Of a DNA stretch of 28,355 nt, positions 1-7,822 are shown one piece after another. Numbering within the stretch: the first letter of the stretch is position 1; each line of letters opens with the position of its first letter. Origin of the DNA: a virus. Its lineage: Duplodnaviria; Caudoviricetes. The notes below the pieces were generated by a model. The model saw only the letters and a program-made list of their open reading frames with translations. It was not told where the DNA came from and did no database searches. Position numbers and translations under genes: made by a program. The DNA is taken from IMG/VR virus record IMGVR_UViG_3300035135_000697, positions 1-28,355 of that record; one strand, 5' to 3'.

Positions 1-291
1 ATTCTGCAAGGTGTGGCAAAGGATCTGAATGTGGTTGCTCCTGACTTCTGCAAGCGTCTGTGTGACTGGGCAGATATCATCCGTAAGACTTTCTATGATG
101 GTGGTATCGATGAAGTTATCAGCACTCGTCGTCTGGTCCACATTATCCGTGCATATTCCATCTGGGCAGATAAGGTCAAGGCAATCGAAGTTTGTCTGAA
201 TCGTTTTGACGATGACACCAAACAATCCTTCCTGGATCTGTACGATAAAGTCGATGCAGATGTTGACATTAATGTTGAAGAGGAAGTATAA
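1..291 (+). CDS. cobS: CobS/MoxR-like AAA+ ATPase, C-terminal part (5'-truncated by window)
   Basis: Open from base 1. WADIIRKTFYDGGIDEVISTRRLVHI is the lid region (STR motif) of cyanophage CobS-like ATPases; usual position upstream of gp45. Confidence 0.85.
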   Translation: MLQGVAKDLNVVAPDFCKRLCDWADIIRKTFYDGGIDEVISTRRLVHIIRAYSIWADKVKAIEVCLNRFDDDTKQSFLDLYDKVDADVDINVEEEV

Positions 292-680
292 TGAACTCAT
301 GGTCACTTCTGTATGACGAAATGCACGGCAATCTTGAGCCTGAGGAGAGAGATCTCTACACATTTGAATTAGAACTTACTGAAAAAACAGTGTACAAATA
401 CAATGAAGACAAAATCCTTCAAGATGTGAAGGACTATATCGGTGATACATACCGTGCTCATTACAACTCTGGCAACGGAATCCAGACTCTTGATCTGATC
501 GATTCCTGTGGAGATGCTGCTGCTTTCTGCCGTAGCAATATTCTTAAGTACGCCTCTCGTTATGACAAGAAAGGTAGTGCTAAAATGGATCTCAAGAAGA
601 TCATCCACTATGCCGTTCTTCTCTACCACTTCACCACCAAAGACTCTGAAACTGATGAACAAGGATATGAAACTTTCTGA
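291..680 (+). CDS. DUF3310/SaV-like protein (T7 gp1.7 nucleotide-kinase-related family)
   Basis: HY...IQTLDLI...FCRSNILKYASRYDKKG...DLKKIIHYA pattern; start overlaps the cobS stop (TAATG). Confidence 0.65.
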   Translation: MNSWSLLYDEMHGNLEPEERDLYTFELELTEKTVYKYNEDKILQDVKDYIGDTYRAHYNSGNGIQTLDLIDSCGDAAAFCRSNILKYASRYDKKGSAKMDLKKIIHYAVLLYHFTTKDSETDEQGYETF

Positions 681-1335
681 AAAGACTATTGATCTTTTGG
701 AGAACTTCTCTTCAATTAACCAGTCCATCCTGGTGAAGAAGGGTTCTAAACTTCGCACCATCTCGGTGATGAAGAACATCCTCGCAGAAGCAGAGGTTGA
801 TGAAAACTTTGAAAAGGACTTTGGCATCTATGATCTGCCTCAGTTCCTGAACGGTGTTGGTCTTATGAATGACCCTGACATCGACCTGAAGCATGATTCT
901 TACATGATCATCCGCGAAGGTCGTAGCACCCGTGTGAAGTTTGCTTTTGCTGATCCTGAGGTTATTGTTAGTCCTCCTGAGAAGGCAATCGAACTGCCTA
1001 GCAACGATGTTGCATTTCAACTGGACAGCAGTCAGTTGCAAAAACTTCTGAAGGCATCCTCTGTCTACCAACTCCCTGATTTGTCTGCTGTTGGTAATGG
1101 CAGTGAGATTACACTCGTAGTCTCTGATCGTAAGAACGATAACTCTAACGAGTATTCTTTGATCGTTGGTAAAACTGATAAGACCTTTGAACTGAACTTC
1201 AAGATCGAGAATATCAAATTGATTCCTGGATCTTACGAGGTTATTATTTCTAAGAAACTGCTCTCTCAGTTCACCAACTCCACTTACAACCTCAAGTATT
1301 TCATTGCTCTGGAACCAGATTCTACCTTTGAGTGA
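667..1335 (+). CDS. gp45: DNA polymerase sliding clamp
   Basis: MKLSEKTIDLLENFSSINQSILVK...FGIYDLPQFL...YFIALEPDS matches T4-like gp45. The true start is likely ATG 667, not the ORF-track start at 508. Confidence 0.95.
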   Translation: MKLSEKTIDLLENFSSINQSILVKKGSKLRTISVMKNILAEAEVDENFEKDFGIYDLPQFLNGVGLMNDPDIDLKHDSYMIIREGRSTRVKFAFADPEVIVSPPEKAIELPSNDVAFQLDSSQLQKLLKASSVYQLPDLSAVGNGSEITLVVSDRKNDNSNEYSLIVGKTDKTFELNFKIENIKLIPGSYEVIISKKLLSQFTNSTYNLKYFIALEPDSTFE

Positions 1336-1670
1336 TGAAGCATATACTCTTTACACTAAAGGGTTGTAACGCTGTCTTGCTGGATGACGAAGCTCATATC
1401 AGGCAGGTGTTGATTGTTGCTGCACAATTATCTCAAAGTGAAATGTTGGAACTATGTTCTTACAAGTTCCAACCCCAAGGTGTTACAGCAATCGCTATGC
1501 TTGCCGAGTCTCATATCTCCATACATACATGGCCAGAGACTGGTGCTGCTGTATGTGATGTGTTTACATGTGGTGAGCATACCTCACCAGAGAGTGCCGT
1601 CCGATATATGTACGATCACTTACAAGCGGGTGACATTGTAGAAAAAAGTTTCTTGAGGTCTAAAGAATGA
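1335..1670 (+). CDS. speD: S-adenosylmethionine decarboxylase proenzyme (pyruvoyl-dependent)
   Basis: FQPQGVT...LAESHISIHTWPE...CDVFTCG; contains the E-S autocleavage site. Confidence 0.92.
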   Translation: MKHILFTLKGCNAVLLDDEAHIRQVLIVAAQLSQSEMLELCSYKFQPQGVTAIAMLAESHISIHTWPETGAAVCDVFTCGEHTSPESAVRYMYDHLQAGDIVEKSFLRSKE

Positions 1671-2188
1671 TTTCTCTGTTTAGTATTAACGCTTTTAAAT
1701 ATACTGTTCCCGATTGGGAAAAAAATAGAGATAGAATCTTAGATCTGATTCCATTTAACTGCGAGAAATGGACTACGGTAGAACCACACATCACTTATAC
1801 CGATTATTTTAACGATGATGTTCAACCTTATCGAAAAGAATTCTTAGAGTTAGTGGGTCCTATTCTCTCAGAGTTTAGGAATGTTGCAAACTTCAAGTTT
1901 AATACCGTTGGACAATTGTGGTGTCAGGCTTATAATAAGAGAGACTATCATGTTCCTCACGATCATGGTCCGCTAGGATACTCAGCAGTCTTCTATGCTA
2001 AAATGAGTGAGGAGCATCCTAGTACGCTCTTCTTCAGTCCTTTCTCTGACGAGACAGGAATCAAAACATATCAGTCAGTGCCATGTACGGAAGGCGATCT
2101 TCTCATCTTCCCCTCACATCTAATGCATATGGCACCGCCTCATGACTCAGAAGACGAAAGAATTATTATTTCGTTCAATTTGATATGA
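1667..2188 (+). CDS. 2OG-Fe(II) oxygenase-fold protein
   Basis: HxH (PHDH), YSAVFY, EGDLLIFPSHLMH, terminal RIIISFN. Confidence 0.85.
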   Translation: MISLFSINAFKYTVPDWEKNRDRILDLIPFNCEKWTTVEPHITYTDYFNDDVQPYRKEFLELVGPILSEFRNVANFKFNTVGQLWCQAYNKRDYHVPHDHGPLGYSAVFYAKMSEEHPSTLFFSPFSDETGIKTYQSVPCTEGDLLIFPSHLMHMAPPHDSEDERIIISFNLI

Positions 2189-2718
2189 ACATCTTTGTGA
2201 CGGATCCTGATCCCAGGATCTCTGCTCAGGTTCTCCCTGACAAACATATTGTCAAGATGCCTCTAGAAACATGTCAGATGGCATCTGTAATCTTCTCCAA
2301 GTACCACTGGGACTGGGGCACAATCAATAAGAAAGATGGCACTCCTTACCGTACCACAGGTGGGTTCAGGAACCATCCCTGTACCGTGTGGGCAGCGTCT
2401 AGTAAGGCAAACTTTGCTTGGATGCTCTCTCACGGTTTTGAATTGATGTTCGAGTACGAGAAAAGGTTTGGTAAGGAGCATGGATGCTTCCTGACCATGT
2501 GCCAAGCAATGACCATCTATCACGATCATCTTAAGCACATTGATGGCAGCATCTACGATTATAAAGATGCAAAGGACTTTGCTCGTGCTATGCCCGACGA
2601 GTTCAAATATGATGATACAATAGACACATTCACTGCCTACAAGCGGTACATTGCCTCTAAACCTTGGGTCAAGGACAACTATCGTCGTATTCCTGAGCGT
2701 AAACCAGACTGGATTTGA
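2185..2718 (+). CDS. Pyrimidine-dimer DNA glycosylase/endonuclease V-like protein
   Basis: MNIFVTD...DKHIVKMPLETCQM...NHPCTVW...EYEKRFGKEH...AMPDEFK, typical of DenV-related phage proteins. Confidence 0.75.
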   Translation: MNIFVTDPDPRISAQVLPDKHIVKMPLETCQMASVIFSKYHWDWGTINKKDGTPYRTTGGFRNHPCTVWAASSKANFAWMLSHGFELMFEYEKRFGKEHGCFLTMCQAMTIYHDHLKHIDGSIYDYKDAKDFARAMPDEFKYDDTIDTFTAYKRYIASKPWVKDNYRRIPERKPDWI

Positions 2719-2720
2719 TT

Positions 2721-3665
2721 ATGCGTAATGAGTTTCTCTGGGTCGAAAAGTATCGCCCTAAGAAGATTGATGATTGTATTCTCCCTGAGAGTACAAAGAA
2801 GACATTCAATGAGATGTTGCAGCAAGGTGAGATTCCTAATCTCCTGCTGACTGGTCCAGCTGGATGTGGTAAAACAACAGTCGCCCGCGCTCTGTGTGAG
2901 CAACTCGGGTGCGATTATATTCTTATTAACGGATCCGATGAGGGAAGATTTCTGGACACAGTACGGAACCAGGCAAAGAATTTTGCTTCGACCGTTTCAC
3001 TTTCGTCAGATGCTAGACACAAAGTCATCATCATTGATGAAGCTGATAACACAACCCACGATGTACAACTCCTCTTACGGAGTAATATTGAGGCATTTCA
3101 TCGCAACTGCCGCTTCATCTTCACCTGCAACTACAAGAACAAAATCATTGAACCCCTCCACAGCAGGTGTTCAGTCGTTGAGTTCAGTATCAAAGGCAAA
3201 GAAAAAGCAGTCATCGCTGGAGGATTCTTCAAGCGTCTCCAAGAAATCCTGGATCAGGAGAGTATTGGGTATGATCAAAAGGTCATTGCAGAACTGATCA
3301 ATAAGCACTTCCCTGACTGGCGTCGGACACTGAATGAGTGTCAGCGTTATTCTGTCAGCGGTCATATTGACAGTGCCATCCTGGCAGAGTTCTCTGATGT
3401 AAAGGTTGAGGATCTTCTCAGGAGTCTGAAGGCAAAGGACTTTCTTGCCGTCAGGAAGTGGGTGGTCAACAATCTGGACAATGACCCCACAACGGTCCTC
3501 AGGAGGGTCTACGATGCCCTGTATGGGGTCCTACAGGGTCCTAGCATTGCTGCTGCCGTTCTGATCATTGCAAAGTATCAGTACCAGATTGCGTTCGTTG
3601 CAGACCAGGAGATCAACCTCTTGGCAGCACTCACTGAGATTATGGTGGAGTGTGAGTTTAAATGA
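2721..3665 (+). CDS. gp44: Clamp loader large subunit
   Basis: LWVEKYRP, Walker A GPAGCGKTT, Walker B IIDEAD, PLHSRC (SRC motif); ATG at 2721. Confidence 0.97.
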   Translation: MRNEFLWVEKYRPKKIDDCILPESTKKTFNEMLQQGEIPNLLLTGPAGCGKTTVARALCEQLGCDYILINGSDEGRFLDTVRNQAKNFASTVSLSSDARHKVIIIDEADNTTHDVQLLLRSNIEAFHRNCRFIFTCNYKNKIIEPLHSRCSVVEFSIKGKEKAVIAGGFFKRLQEILDQESIGYDQKVIAELINKHFPDWRRTLNECQRYSVSGHIDSAILAEFSDVKVEDLLRSLKAKDFLAVRKWVVNNLDNDPTTVLRRVYDALYGVLQGPSIAAAVLIIAKYQYQIAFVADQEINLLAALTEIMVECEFK

Positions 3666-3949
3666 AGAAACTTTGCCCTGAGTGTAAGACCGTAAAAGAT
3701 TCCAAAGATTTTATCAAAGGTATCTGTAAGGAGTGCAATGCAAAGATTGTTATTCCACCTAGGGTGATGAGTGAGGAGGAGAAAGAATTTGAAAGGCATA
3801 TCGATGACGATCACAATGTAATCAGCCACTTCTATAGGGCTAAGACTCGTCACCCAAATATCCCATTCTACCTTCAAGATGAGACTGGAAAGACTTATGA
3901 GTTTGGATGGAATCTAATATATCAGTACATAGAAAACTGCAACCAATGA
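3662..3949 (+). CDS. Hypothetical protein with N-terminal CxxC-x13-CxxC zinc-finger-like motif
   Basis: CPEC...CKEC; start overlaps the gp44 stop (ATGA). Confidence 0.65.
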   Translation: MKKLCPECKTVKDSKDFIKGICKECNAKIVIPPRVMSEEEKEFERHIDDDHNVISHFYRAKTRHPNIPFYLQDETGKTYEFGWNLIYQYIENCNQ

Positions 3950-4128
3950 AAAAGAAGACCACTCCAGAGAATGTGCAAGAGTCCAACGAAGCACTATTTC
4001 ATGCTACAATGAACCTACCTGCTGCTGCTGAGCACTGTGGAATGACGCAGAAGGAAATGAAAATGACCTTCCGCGAATACCTGAAGTATAACGAACCTGA
4101 TTATGACATCTCTCAAGACGCCGCTTAG
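3946..4128 (+). CDS. Small hypothetical protein (possible HTH)
   Basis: ATG 3946 overlaps the upstream TGA; MNLPAAAEHCGMTQKEMKMTF is HTH-like. Confidence 0.65.
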   Translation: MKKKTTPENVQESNEALFHATMNLPAAAEHCGMTQKEMKMTFREYLKYNEPDYDISQDAA

Positions 4129-4936
4129 ATACCCAGGAGGCAAATCTAGGGCAGTGACTAAGATGCTGCAGTTTCTGCCATCTCTAGAGGATTACACGGA
4201 GTATCGTGAACCCTTTCTAGGTGGTGGATCTTTTGCTATCTGGATGACTCAACGGTATCCATTCATGAATATCTGGGTCAATGATCTGTATGAACCACTG
4301 TACAATTTCTGGTGCGAGGTTCGTGACAACGGACAAAAGATGAGAGATGAATTGATTCAACTTAAGTATCGTCATCCAGAACCTGCATCAGCAAAGCAAT
4401 TGTTCTTAGAAGCAAAGGAGTATCTCACTTATGAAGGACGCAAAAGTGAACCCTTTCATCGTGCCGTTAGTTATTACATTGTTAACAAGTGCTCTTTTTC
4501 TGGTCTCACAGAGTCCTCATCCTTTTCTGCCCAAGCAAGTGAGTCCAACTTCTCGATGCGTGGAATAGATAAACTGCCAGGATATCAGCAGATTGTAAAG
4601 GATTGGAAGATTACCAATCTTTCGTATGAAGAACTGCTGACAGATGATAAGTCTGTCTTCACCTATCACGATCCCCCATACGATATCAAAGATAATCTGT
4701 ATGGTAGAAAGGGTAACATGCATAAGAAGTTCGATCACGATAAGTTTGCTCTAGACTGTGATCGTTTTATTGGTCATCAGATGGTCTCGTATAACTCCAC
4801 TCAGTTGATTAGAGATCGTTTTGAAGGATGGAATGCCCAAGAGTATGATCTCACATACACCATGCGTTCTGTTGGTGATTACATGAAGAACCAGCAGGAT
4901 CGTAAAGAACTTCTCCTTATGAATTACGAACTCTGA
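4103..4936 (+). CDS. dam: DNA adenine methyltransferase (Dam/D12 class)
   Basis: PLRYPGGKS, EPFLGGGS (motif I), DPPY (motif IV). Confidence 0.93.
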   Translation: MTSLKTPLRYPGGKSRAVTKMLQFLPSLEDYTEYREPFLGGGSFAIWMTQRYPFMNIWVNDLYEPLYNFWCEVRDNGQKMRDELIQLKYRHPEPASAKQLFLEAKEYLTYEGRKSEPFHRAVSYYIVNKCSFSGLTESSSFSAQASESNFSMRGIDKLPGYQQIVKDWKITNLSYEELLTDDKSVFTYHDPPYDIKDNLYGRKGNMHKKFDHDKFALDCDRFIGHQMVSYNSTQLIRDRFEGWNAQEYDLTYTMRSVGDYMKNQQDRKELLLMNYEL

Positions 4937-5316
4937 TGGAACTAAAAGACTGGTTGAACTCTATCAATTTTAATAAGGATAACCTTATTAAGGAGGACCC
5001 TTCTATTGCTAAGAAGTATCCTCCATTCATTGTCAATAAGTGTCTGTCTGGGCATCTGGATTCTGTTCTGTTCGCTAATGAAATGAACAAGAGTCATTTC
5101 TTAGACAAGGATATGCAATATGATTTCTTGTTGAATTCTCTTCGCAAGAAGCGTAGGTTCTCTCCCTGGTTAAAGAAAGAGAAGATCTCTGATCTAGATG
5201 CCGTCAAAAAATATTATAGATACAGTGATGAAAAAGCACAGCAAACTCTTCGGATTCTGACCAAGGATCAGATTGCTTACATCAAAAAGAAAATGGACAC
5301 TGGTGGCATGAAATGA
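4936..5316 (+). CDS. gp62: Clamp loader small subunit
   Basis: LKDWLNSIN...YPPFIVNKCLS...ANEMN...QYDFLLNSLRKKRRFSPW; position before regA. Confidence 0.93.
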   Translation: MELKDWLNSINFNKDNLIKEDPSIAKKYPPFIVNKCLSGHLDSVLFANEMNKSHFLDKDMQYDFLLNSLRKKRRFSPWLKKEKISDLDAVKKYYRYSDEKAQQTLRILTKDQIAYIKKKMDTGGMK

Positions 5317-6095
5317 GAGTTCTTAGTATTGATCTAGATTATATTTCCGAACCAGCTATCAATGATAACAAAAGGTTGGAGGATGAGGAGAACCCACAGG
5401 AGTATGATATGTGGGCGGTTGTCCATTGGCAACAACTCTTTGAGGATTATCCTTCAGAAATCTCTCATAGAATTAATCTAGGTCACTATGATTATTGTTT
5501 GCGAGTTTTTCTCAGAGCTCTTAGGACATGTCAGGATGTGCATTTTGGATATGATCATGACAATATTCTATATGGTTTAGAAGGTCATAGTAATCTTGAT
5601 ATCATTAACATCGATCATCATGACGATGTGTTTGCTGGAATATTTGAACCCAGTCCAGATTACGAAGCTGATATCCTAAAACATATGGATAGAGTTATGG
5701 AAGGTAACTGGGCACTATGGTTACATCAACATGGTAGACTTAATTCATATACCTGGATTGGTGACGATCTGAGTGATAATATTTCTAGGAATGAATATGT
5801 TCCAAAGTTCTTACCCAATTACACATATTCCACCAGAGAAAAATGGGACTGGAAAGATAATTATGAGTTTGACCAGATCTTTATCTGTCTGTCACCACAA
5901 TATATTCCACCACTGCACTGGCACTTCTTTTCAACCTTCATGGTTCTGTATGAAGAGATCACTGGCAAAAAAGTAAATACAGATCTCTTGCATAGGAAAT
6001 ATGAAATGAATTATTACTATAAGGGTGTTACTGATTTTGTGACCAAAGGAACCCAGATCAGTAAAGGGAAGTCCGCTCCAAGAATTATTTACTAA
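5313..6095 (+). CDS. Putative metal-dependent hydrolase (arginase/UPF0489-like motifs)
   Basis: LSIDLDY, YDHD, INIDHHDD, EGNW, ICLSPQY; AT-rich insertion between gp62 and regA. Confidence 0.55.
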   Translation: MRVLSIDLDYISEPAINDNKRLEDEENPQEYDMWAVVHWQQLFEDYPSEISHRINLGHYDYCLRVFLRALRTCQDVHFGYDHDNILYGLEGHSNLDIINIDHHDDVFAGIFEPSPDYEADILKHMDRVMEGNWALWLHQHGRLNSYTWIGDDLSDNISRNEYVPKFLPNYTYSTREKWDWKDNYEFDQIFICLSPQYIPPLHWHFFSTFMVLYEEITGKKVNTDLLHRKYEMNYYYKGVTDFVTKGTQISKGKSAPRIIY

Positions 6096-6098
6096 ATA
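6092..6098 (+). promoter_or_regulatory. Possible T4-type late promoter (CTAAATA) upstream of regA
   Basis: TAAATA core overlapping the upstream stop, about 25 nt before the regA ATG. Confidence 0.4.
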
Positions 6099-6122
6099 AT
6101 AAAAACATTTTGCGTAATTGAG

Positions 6123-6560
6123 ATGAGCGTCGTTGTTGAACCCACGGTGAACTGGTCTGCCGATCAAATGGTAGAAGTTGCACTGAGTGAACCAGATGAT
6201 TTTCTGAAAGTCCGAGAAACACTTACGAGGATCGGAGTCGCATCCCGTAAGGAAAAGAAACTGTATCAGTCTTGCCACATCCTGCATAAGCAAGGTAGAT
6301 ATTTTATCGTACACTTTAAAGAACTCTTTGCTCTGGATGGTAAGAGAGCAAACCTGACAGTCAATGATGTCCAGCGCCGTAACAGAATCGCTCAGTTGCT
6401 TGCTGATTGGGGACTGATTAAGATCATTGATGTTGATCAGATTCTTGATATCGCTCCTCTGAACCAAATCAAAGTCCTGTCTTATAAAGATAAGGGGGAT
6501 TGGATTCTTGAGACTAAGTATAATATTGGCCGTAAGAAAACTGAAGGAGAAAGTGCATAA
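6123..6560 (+). CDS. regA: Translational repressor RegA
   Basis: EPDDFLKVRETLTRIGVASRKEKKLYQSCHILHKQGRYFIVHFKELFALDG. Confidence 0.97.
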   Translation: MSVVVEPTVNWSADQMVEVALSEPDDFLKVRETLTRIGVASRKEKKLYQSCHILHKQGRYFIVHFKELFALDGKRANLTVNDVQRRNRIAQLLADWGLIKIIDVDQILDIAPLNQIKVLSYKDKGDWILETKYNIGRKKTEGESA

Positions 6561-6565
6561 ATAGT

Positions 6566-6642
6566 TCGTCGCCTTTTCGTGCGCGACACGCTACATACGG
6601 AAAACACGCTACCGTTAGGGGGGTTTACCGACCCCCCTTTTT
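6566..6642 (+). ncRNA. Candidate small RNA between regA and hsp20
   Basis: ATAAATA (6557-6563), GTCGC/GCGAC stem, 9-nt direct repeat ACACGCTAC, then an intrinsic terminator. Confidence 0.4.
6617..6642 (+). terminator. Rho-independent terminator
   Basis: AGGGGGGT-TTACCG-ACCCCCCT followed by a T run. Confidence 0.85.
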
Positions 6643-6665
6643 AATGCTAATATGGTTAAATAGTA

Positions 6666-6720
6666 GTGGATGCCGTAAGGATCCACACAATCATATCTCG
6701 CTTTAAAAGGAGAAGTACAG
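6666..6720 (+). promoter_or_regulatory. hsp20 5' UTR: GNRA-capped hairpin plus SD-sequestering ROSE-like hairpin
   Basis: GTGGAT-G-CC-GTAA-GG-ATCCAC, then TCTCGCTT-TAA-AAGGAGA, where UCGCU pairs with AGGA through a bulged G. Confidence 0.6.
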
Positions 6721-7161
6721 ATGACAAGCGCACTAGAGCGGTACAATGTCGCGAACATGAACCAGCTGTTGGAGAAACTAAATCGCAACAGTATTGGTAT
6801 GGATGGTTATTTTGACCGTATCTTTGATCGGTTGCATGAGACTACCACAAATTATCCACCTTACAACCTGATCCAAGTCAGCAGCGTGGAGAGTAGACTA
6901 GAAGTCGCCCTGGCTGGATTTAAGAAGAAAGAAGTATTTGTCTATACTCAAGATGGCAAACTCTTCGTGGAGGGTCAGAAAGAGGACAAAGAGAGTGGAA
7001 CAGAGTACATGCATAAAGGATTAGCTCAGAGATCCTTTACGCGGGTGTGGACTCTCTCGGATGATACAGAGGTTAGGGATGTGACCTTTGAGGATGGTCT
7101 CTTGACAGTGATCCTAGGAAAAATTGTTCCAGAAGCGCACAAGCGTAAGGACTGGTTCTAA
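6721..7161 (+). CDS. hsp20: Small heat-shock protein (Hsp20/IbpA family)
   Basis: NYPPYNL, LEVALAGF, HKGLAQRSFTR, FEDGLL; strong SD AAGGAG. Confidence 0.96.
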   Translation: MTSALERYNVANMNQLLEKLNRNSIGMDGYFDRIFDRLHETTTNYPPYNLIQVSSVESRLEVALAGFKKKEVFVYTQDGKLFVEGQKEDKESGTEYMHKGLAQRSFTRVWTLSDDTEVRDVTFEDGLLTVILGKIVPEAHKRKDWF

Positions 7162-7167
7162 ATAGCG

Positions 7168-7188
7168 AGGGCGGCAACGCCCTTTTTT
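7168..7188 (+). terminator. Rho-independent terminator after hsp20
   Basis: AGGGCG-GCAA-CGCCCT followed by a T run. Confidence 0.85.
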
Positions 7189-7190
7189 CA

Positions 7191-7199
7191 TGCTATAAT
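7191..7199 (+). promoter_or_regulatory. Sigma70-type extended -10 promoter (TGcTATAAT)
   Basis: Perfect TGnTATAAT about 21 nt upstream of ATG 7221. Confidence 0.65.
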
Positions 7200-7220
7200 G
7201 CTAGAAGGTAAGTTCTAATC

Positions 7221-7526
7221 ATGTCAATTAAGATTGCAATTCTAAGTGATGGCACTCAGTTGATCGCTGACATCAAAGAGATTCATGATCCCGAGACTAA
7301 AAACTATCAATATTTGTTCAAAAAACCTTATGAGGTCATCTATACTCCAGAGATGACCCTGACTGAAGAGGCAGGTAATCAAAATTCCACAGTCAAGAAG
7401 GTTGGTTTGCAAACCTGGATCGATGTTGTTGCTGAGTCAGACTATCTGATCAATCCTGCGACTGTTGTAACCATTGCAGACCCGATTCCTGACCTAAAAT
7501 CCATGTACGGAGACCTTGACAAATGA
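7221..7526 (+). CDS. Hypothetical protein (small beta-rich domain; paralog of next gene)
   Basis: 101 aa, IKIAIL..G..LIADIKE...W...VVTIADP...Y; sits between hsp20 and gp43. Confidence 0.75.
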   Translation: MSIKIAILSDGTQLIADIKEIHDPETKNYQYLFKKPYEVIYTPEMTLTEEAGNQNSTVKKVGLQTWIDVVAESDYLINPATVVTIADPIPDLKSMYGDLDK

Positions 7527-7816
7527 GTTCAGTAGTCAAAATCCTTGTATTTAAGAACGATTACAAGGTTTTAATCACCAAAATTAGAGAAGTTAATGCA
7601 GAACTTGGTGAACCTGATTGCGAATTGACTGATCCTGTTGAGTTTTTCCATCCAGAAGACGATACTAAGGATTGGACAAAGCGTGTTCGCAGGTGGCCAG
7701 GTAAACATCTGACCTCTCAGAACCAGTGTCGTATCTCTTCTGATGCTATACTGACATTGGTCGATCCAGAGATTGAAATCCTGGAAGCATACAATGAATT
7801 GATTGCCAAAAACTGA
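7523..7816 (+). CDS. Hypothetical protein (paralog of previous gene)
   Basis: 97 aa, VKILVF....LITKIRE...WP...ILTLVDP...Y; ATGA overlap. Confidence 0.75.
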   Translation: MSSVVKILVFKNDYKVLITKIREVNAELGEPDCELTDPVEFFHPEDDTKDWTKRVRRWPGKHLTSQNQCRISSDAILTLVDPEIEILEAYNELIAKN

Positions 7817-7822
7817 TTCTTA

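Noticed and set aside
508-666. ORF-track N-terminal extension of gp45
   Set aside because: Overlaps the 291..680 gene in another frame; gp45 similarity starts at ATG 667.
3517-3538. GC-rich inverted repeat CCCTGTA...TACAGGG inside gp44
   Set aside because: No U-tract, slippery site or nearby start; compatible with chance within coding sequence.
7744-7752. TGCTATACT extended -10-like motif upstream of gp43
   Set aside because: Plausible but imperfect, inside a CDS and without a -35; too weak to call.
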